A stretch of DNA of 64,000 nucleotides from Patescibacteria group bacterium (lineage in GTDB: Bacteria > Patescibacteriota > WWE3 > JAMCXX01), in assembly GCA_023474425.1 (NCBI GenBank), contig JAMCXX010000004.1, positions 148,729-212,728 of the forward strand, read 5' to 3'. The notes below the pieces were generated by a model. It made no database searches. It saw only the letters and a list, made by a program, of their open reading frames with translations, and was not told the origin of the DNA. The translations under genes and the position numbers were made by a program. Position 1 is the first letter of the stretch; each line of letters opens with the position of its first letter. Positions 61,384 to 64,000 of the stretch are shown piece after piece.

Positions 61384-61869
61384 TTAAAAAATTTTGAGGA
61401 TGGTGTAAATAAGCTTGCCCACCGGCGCTTCCACCTCGGCCTTGTCGCCGGTTTTCTTGCCCAAAAGCGCCTGACCCAAAGGCGATTCATGCGATATTTT
61501 GTTTTTATTGGGGTCGGCTTCGAGCTCGCCCACAATTTCAAATTCCTGCTCGCTGCCCTCCAGATGAACCAAAACACGACTGCCAACACTCACCTGCGAC
61601 TCGCGCGGTTCCCGGACGTCTTTTTTGGTAATTACTTCGGCTCTTTTTACCACCTCTTCGAGTTCAGTAATGCGGCCTTCAATAAAGGCCTGCTCTTCCA
61701 AAGCCGACTCGTATTCCGAATTTTCGGTTATATCGCCAAGCTCCCGGGCGGACTGAATTCGCTCGGCTACTTCCTTGCGTTTGGCGGTTGTTAAATTTTC
61801 CAGCTCATTCTTTAGTTTTTCTAAGCCCTGCGCGGTAACAAAAAATTTCCCGCCTTTGTTATTTTCCAT
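61384..61869 (-). CDS. greA: Transcription elongation factor GreA
   Basis: LEKLKNELENL...RELGDITENSEYESA, with a C-terminal FKBP-like domain (SHESPLGQALLGKKTGD). Start at the ATG at 61869. Confidence 0.9.
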   Translation of the reverse strand: MENNKGGKFFVTAQGLEKLKNELENLTTAKRKEVAERIQSARELGDITENSEYESALEEQAFIEGRITELEEVVKRAEVITKKDVREPRESQVSVGSRVLVHLEGSEQEFEIVGELEADPNKNKISHESPLGQALLGKKTGDKAEVEAPVGKLIYTILKIF

Positions 61870-62067
61870 AATTCGCAAAAGCTAAAATACTCTATATAAA
61901 CACTTATGTATTTTGGATACTTTCCCCTCTAACCGTAAAAGTTCGCGGAACCAACAACGGCTCAATTTAAAACTACGCTTTCCCGCTTGTCAAGATGTGT
62001 ATCTTATGGGCCTCTAAGTGATTCTGCTGGACACCTCCCTTCCACCATTGCTAAACTAACCTTGACC

Positions 62068-63717
62068 ATGTCCGCCAAATCTGCCCTTTTAACCTCCCTC
62101 TCCCTCCTCCTTCTCTCCTCAACCGGTCTCTCCTTTGATGATGAAGCTTTAGCCAATCCCATCTATGAACGCCACCCATGGCCAAAAGAACTCTTTGGTC
62201 AGGAGATTGAAATTGATAATACCGACTACCTAGATGCCGATCATCCCTGCAGCCGAAGTCAAGGCCGGGTCTTTGAGGTAACGCACAAGGATACCTTAAA
62301 GGTCTCGGGTATCTCGGTTTATGTCTATGTACCCGATCGGAATGAGGCCAAGTTTAATAAAGGATTATTCAAGCTAACCCTCTTGGACGGAGAGGGGGAA
62401 ATACTTCTGGGGCAGGTTTCATCTACCTACGCCAATATCATTGACCGGGGCGGGGATTTAAGTCCGACTTTCGAGGTCTACTTTCCTTTAGGCTTAAGTC
62501 TCTTTGGGGGAAGACCGTATGCCTTTAGGGTTGAGTGTCTGACCGAGGAGCCCGTAATGTTTAGACTGGCTGAGTCGTCGAGAGTTAAGGAGGGGCTAAT
62601 CTTGGGGTATTATGACTCAACTACGGGTGAGACCCTGCCTTACTACGAAGGACACAATCCTCGAGTCAGTCTCCTCTTTACAACCTTCATTGAAAGGGGT
62701 ACCCCAAGATTTCCGCCCATACCCAAAGAGACTCCGGAGTCTTCTCCTTCCGGTCAGACTAAGGCTAACCTTCCCCCGCCTAAATACCATCCGGTAGTGC
62801 TTATTCACGGCTTGGGGGGAGACCCTACTAACTTCGAGTCGGAGAGTGAGAACCGCAACTACGTGAAGCTCCTGACAAGCTTGGGGTATCCTCGGGAGTA
62901 CATTAACCTCTACTCCTACGGATACAAGGTAGACATTAAGGGAGAGAGACACTACAACTACCAGGGAGATGTGAGGGAGATTGCGGAAGGCCTCGAGGCG
63001 GTGGTAAACACCCTCTCCAGCCTGCACAAGGCGGAAGGCGGGGATGGGAGGGTGGATATCGTTGCTCACTCGCTCGGTAACCTTGTTACCCGGCAATACC
63101 TTCTGACACATAAGGATAACCATAAGATTCGAAGGTACATTGCCGTGGGGGCTCCTTTTAAAGGCGCCTGGCCTATGGGGGTGGATAAAAACATCAGATC
63201 GATTCCTCTTATAGGAGCGAGTATAGAAAAAGCAATAGCTAATTTGGCGCTTAATTTATACAACAGGGATGCCGTCGGAAAGTTAACCAGTGACAGCATC
63301 GCCGCCGGCCAAGTAACCCCAGGGTCGGACTTCCTCGAAGGTCCAAATGGAATAAATAAAACACAAATCGGAAATTTGGAGGTGTACACTATCTATGGAA
63401 ACGTTGCCACAACGGTCAAACAAAAAATTTTCAACCGAACCATTGAAACAAAAATAGATATTGGTGACGGGTTAATTCTGTCTGAAAGCGCAACCTACGC
63501 CGCGTGGTCGAGTACCGGATCTAAAAACTTTGCTTACAACGACGGGATGATTGTTGACTTAAAATTCGATCACCAACAAGGGGCGTTAGCCGCGGAAGTC
63601 GAGGTTAGCGATCCCAAATCAATAAAATCGCTTCACGGTGATTTATTAACCAGGAATGACTCACGCGGTGAAATATTTTGTCTCCTCGGCAAGGAGGATA
63701 CAAGCAGCTGTTATTAG
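62068..63717 (+). CDS. Secreted alpha/beta-hydrolase (class 2 lipase/esterase-like) with an N-terminal domain of unknown function
   Basis: Signal peptide from the ATG at 62068 (MSAKSALLTSLSLLLLSSTGLS). Lipase core HPVVLIHGLGGDPTNF and VDIVAHSLGNLV (GxSxG variant AHSLG). Confidence 0.65.
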   Translation: MSAKSALLTSLSLLLLSSTGLSFDDEALANPIYERHPWPKELFGQEIEIDNTDYLDADHPCSRSQGRVFEVTHKDTLKVSGISVYVYVPDRNEAKFNKGLFKLTLLDGEGEILLGQVSSTYANIIDRGGDLSPTFEVYFPLGLSLFGGRPYAFRVECLTEEPVMFRLAESSRVKEGLILGYYDSTTGETLPYYEGHNPRVSLLFTTFIERGTPRFPPIPKETPESSPSGQTKANLPPPKYHPVVLIHGLGGDPTNFESESENRNYVKLLTSLGYPREYINLYSYGYKVDIKGERHYNYQGDVREIAEGLEAVVNTLSSLHKAEGGDGRVDIVAHSLGNLVTRQYLLTHKDNHKIRRYIAVGAPFKGAWPMGVDKNIRSIPLIGASIEKAIANLALNLYNRDAVGKLTSDSIAAGQVTPGSDFLEGPNGINKTQIGNLEVYTIYGNVATTVKQKIFNRTIETKIDIGDGLILSESATYAAWSSTGSKNFAYNDGMIVDLKFDHQQGALAAEVEVSDPKSIKSLHGDLLTRNDSRGEIFCLLGKEDTSSCY

Positions 63718-63719
63718 AG

Positions 63720-64000
63720 ATGACTAATTTAAAATTCTATTTACTTTCAACACTATCTTTTATAGTCTTACCGGTTCTCGGTTTCTTTACCGGAATGAAA
63801 ATATTTTATGAATTTATTATGCGGAACTTCGGTCAGGCAAAATACGGCGAAGAAATTCTAGCCTACGCCTTTTATACCGGTATCTTTTCGATATTTACTT
63901 TCTTTATCGGAATTCTGGCTTCGTTGATTGTAATTCACAAAATGGGTAAGATCTGGGGTCCTTATCTCTCCTTCGGCTCCCATCCGGTCTTAAAGCTCGC
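63720..64000 (+). CDS. Membrane protein, 5' partial (runs off the window)
   Basis: My own translation from the ATG at 63720 gives MTNLKFYLLSTLSFIVLPVLGFFTGMKIFYEF...FTFFIGILASLIVIHKMG... It is open to the window end and has at least 3 hydrophobic helices. Confidence 0.5.
   Translation, partial: MTNLKFYLLSTLSFIVLPVLGFFTGMKIFYEFIMRNFGQAKYGEEILAYAFYTGIFSIFTFFIGILASLIVIHKMGKIWGPYLSFGSHPVLKL

Noticed and set aside
1-64000. CRISPR arrays, tRNA/rRNA genes, transposases, integrases, prophage or toxin-antitoxin modules
   Set aside because: I scanned every intergenic spacer longer than ~40 nt by eye. I found no cloverleaf-like sequences, no regularly spaced direct repeats, and no ORF with recombinase, transposase or Cas-like motifs. 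A proper tRNAscan, Infernal or HMM run is still needed to exclude small or degenerate elements.

Overview
This is a gene-dense 64-kb fragment with about 60 CDS, mostly on the minus strand. Many gene pairs overlap by 4 nt (ATGA) and there is very little intergenic DNA. I saw no rRNA, tRNA, CRISPR array, transposase or integrase. The genetic code looks standard: an RF2 with SPF and GGQ motifs is present and many genes end in TGA. The organism looks like a small-genome, monoderm-type bacterium, plausibly CPR/Patescibacteria. That placement is inference from miniaturised housekeeping proteins, an LPXTG-type anchor, a lamin-tail-domain protein and the dominance of envelope glycosylation genes. Layout: (a) 1-28.6 kb is a large envelope glycan/glycosylation island. 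It holds rfbF-rfbG-rfbH for a CDP-3,6-dideoxyhexose, UDP-xylose synthase, GalE, five GT2 enzymes (three resembling polyprenol-phosphate sugar synthases) and at least four large GT-C-like membrane proteins (one YfhO-like, one AftD/DUF3367-like, one PMT/TMTC-like with TPR repeats). It also holds a Wzx-type flippase, a NodU-type carbamoyltransferase, a B12-binding radical SAM enzyme, and an FNR-like flavoprotein with a small ferredoxin. (b) 28.6-35.7 kb carries envelope and secreted proteins (CAP domain, LTD/OB/LPXTG) and a tsaE / orphan gene / mini-tsaB operon. (c) 35.7-64 kb is housekeeping: ftsEX plus a coiled-coil hydrolase, prfB, a membrane-anchored Clp-like ATPase, nfo, an NRAMP transporter, ruvCAB, murI, obg, a peroxiredoxin, secA, serS, lysS, greA and a secreted lipase. 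Observations most worth follow-up: (1) Two copies of a roughly 90-110 nt multi-hairpin element (34330-34442 and 61271-61356) share four sequence blocks. Their stems differ completely in sequence but stay fully paired, and each copy has a matching competitor strand. This is a candidate undescribed structured RNA or cis-regulator. (2) A dispersed palindromic repeat family has GTCATYSYG...CRSRATGAC termini. One copy, exactly 81 nt and in frame, forms the linker of a LysRS-HD-domain fusion. Another supplies the C-terminal tail and stop codon of ruvC. (3) tsaE carries a ~23-aa insertion containing a perfect 30-bp palindrome. It is followed by a lysine-poor orphan protein and a 96-aa N-domain-only TsaB. 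(4) The dideoxyhexose pathway lacks a canonical E3 reductase but has a neighbouring set of a B12-rSAM (CX4CX2C motif), an FNR-like protein and a ferredoxin. (5) A double AAA+ Clp-like ATPase has an N-terminal membrane domain and no M-domain or ClpP loop. All functional calls rest on motif recognition by eye. No database, HMM or folding computation was available.
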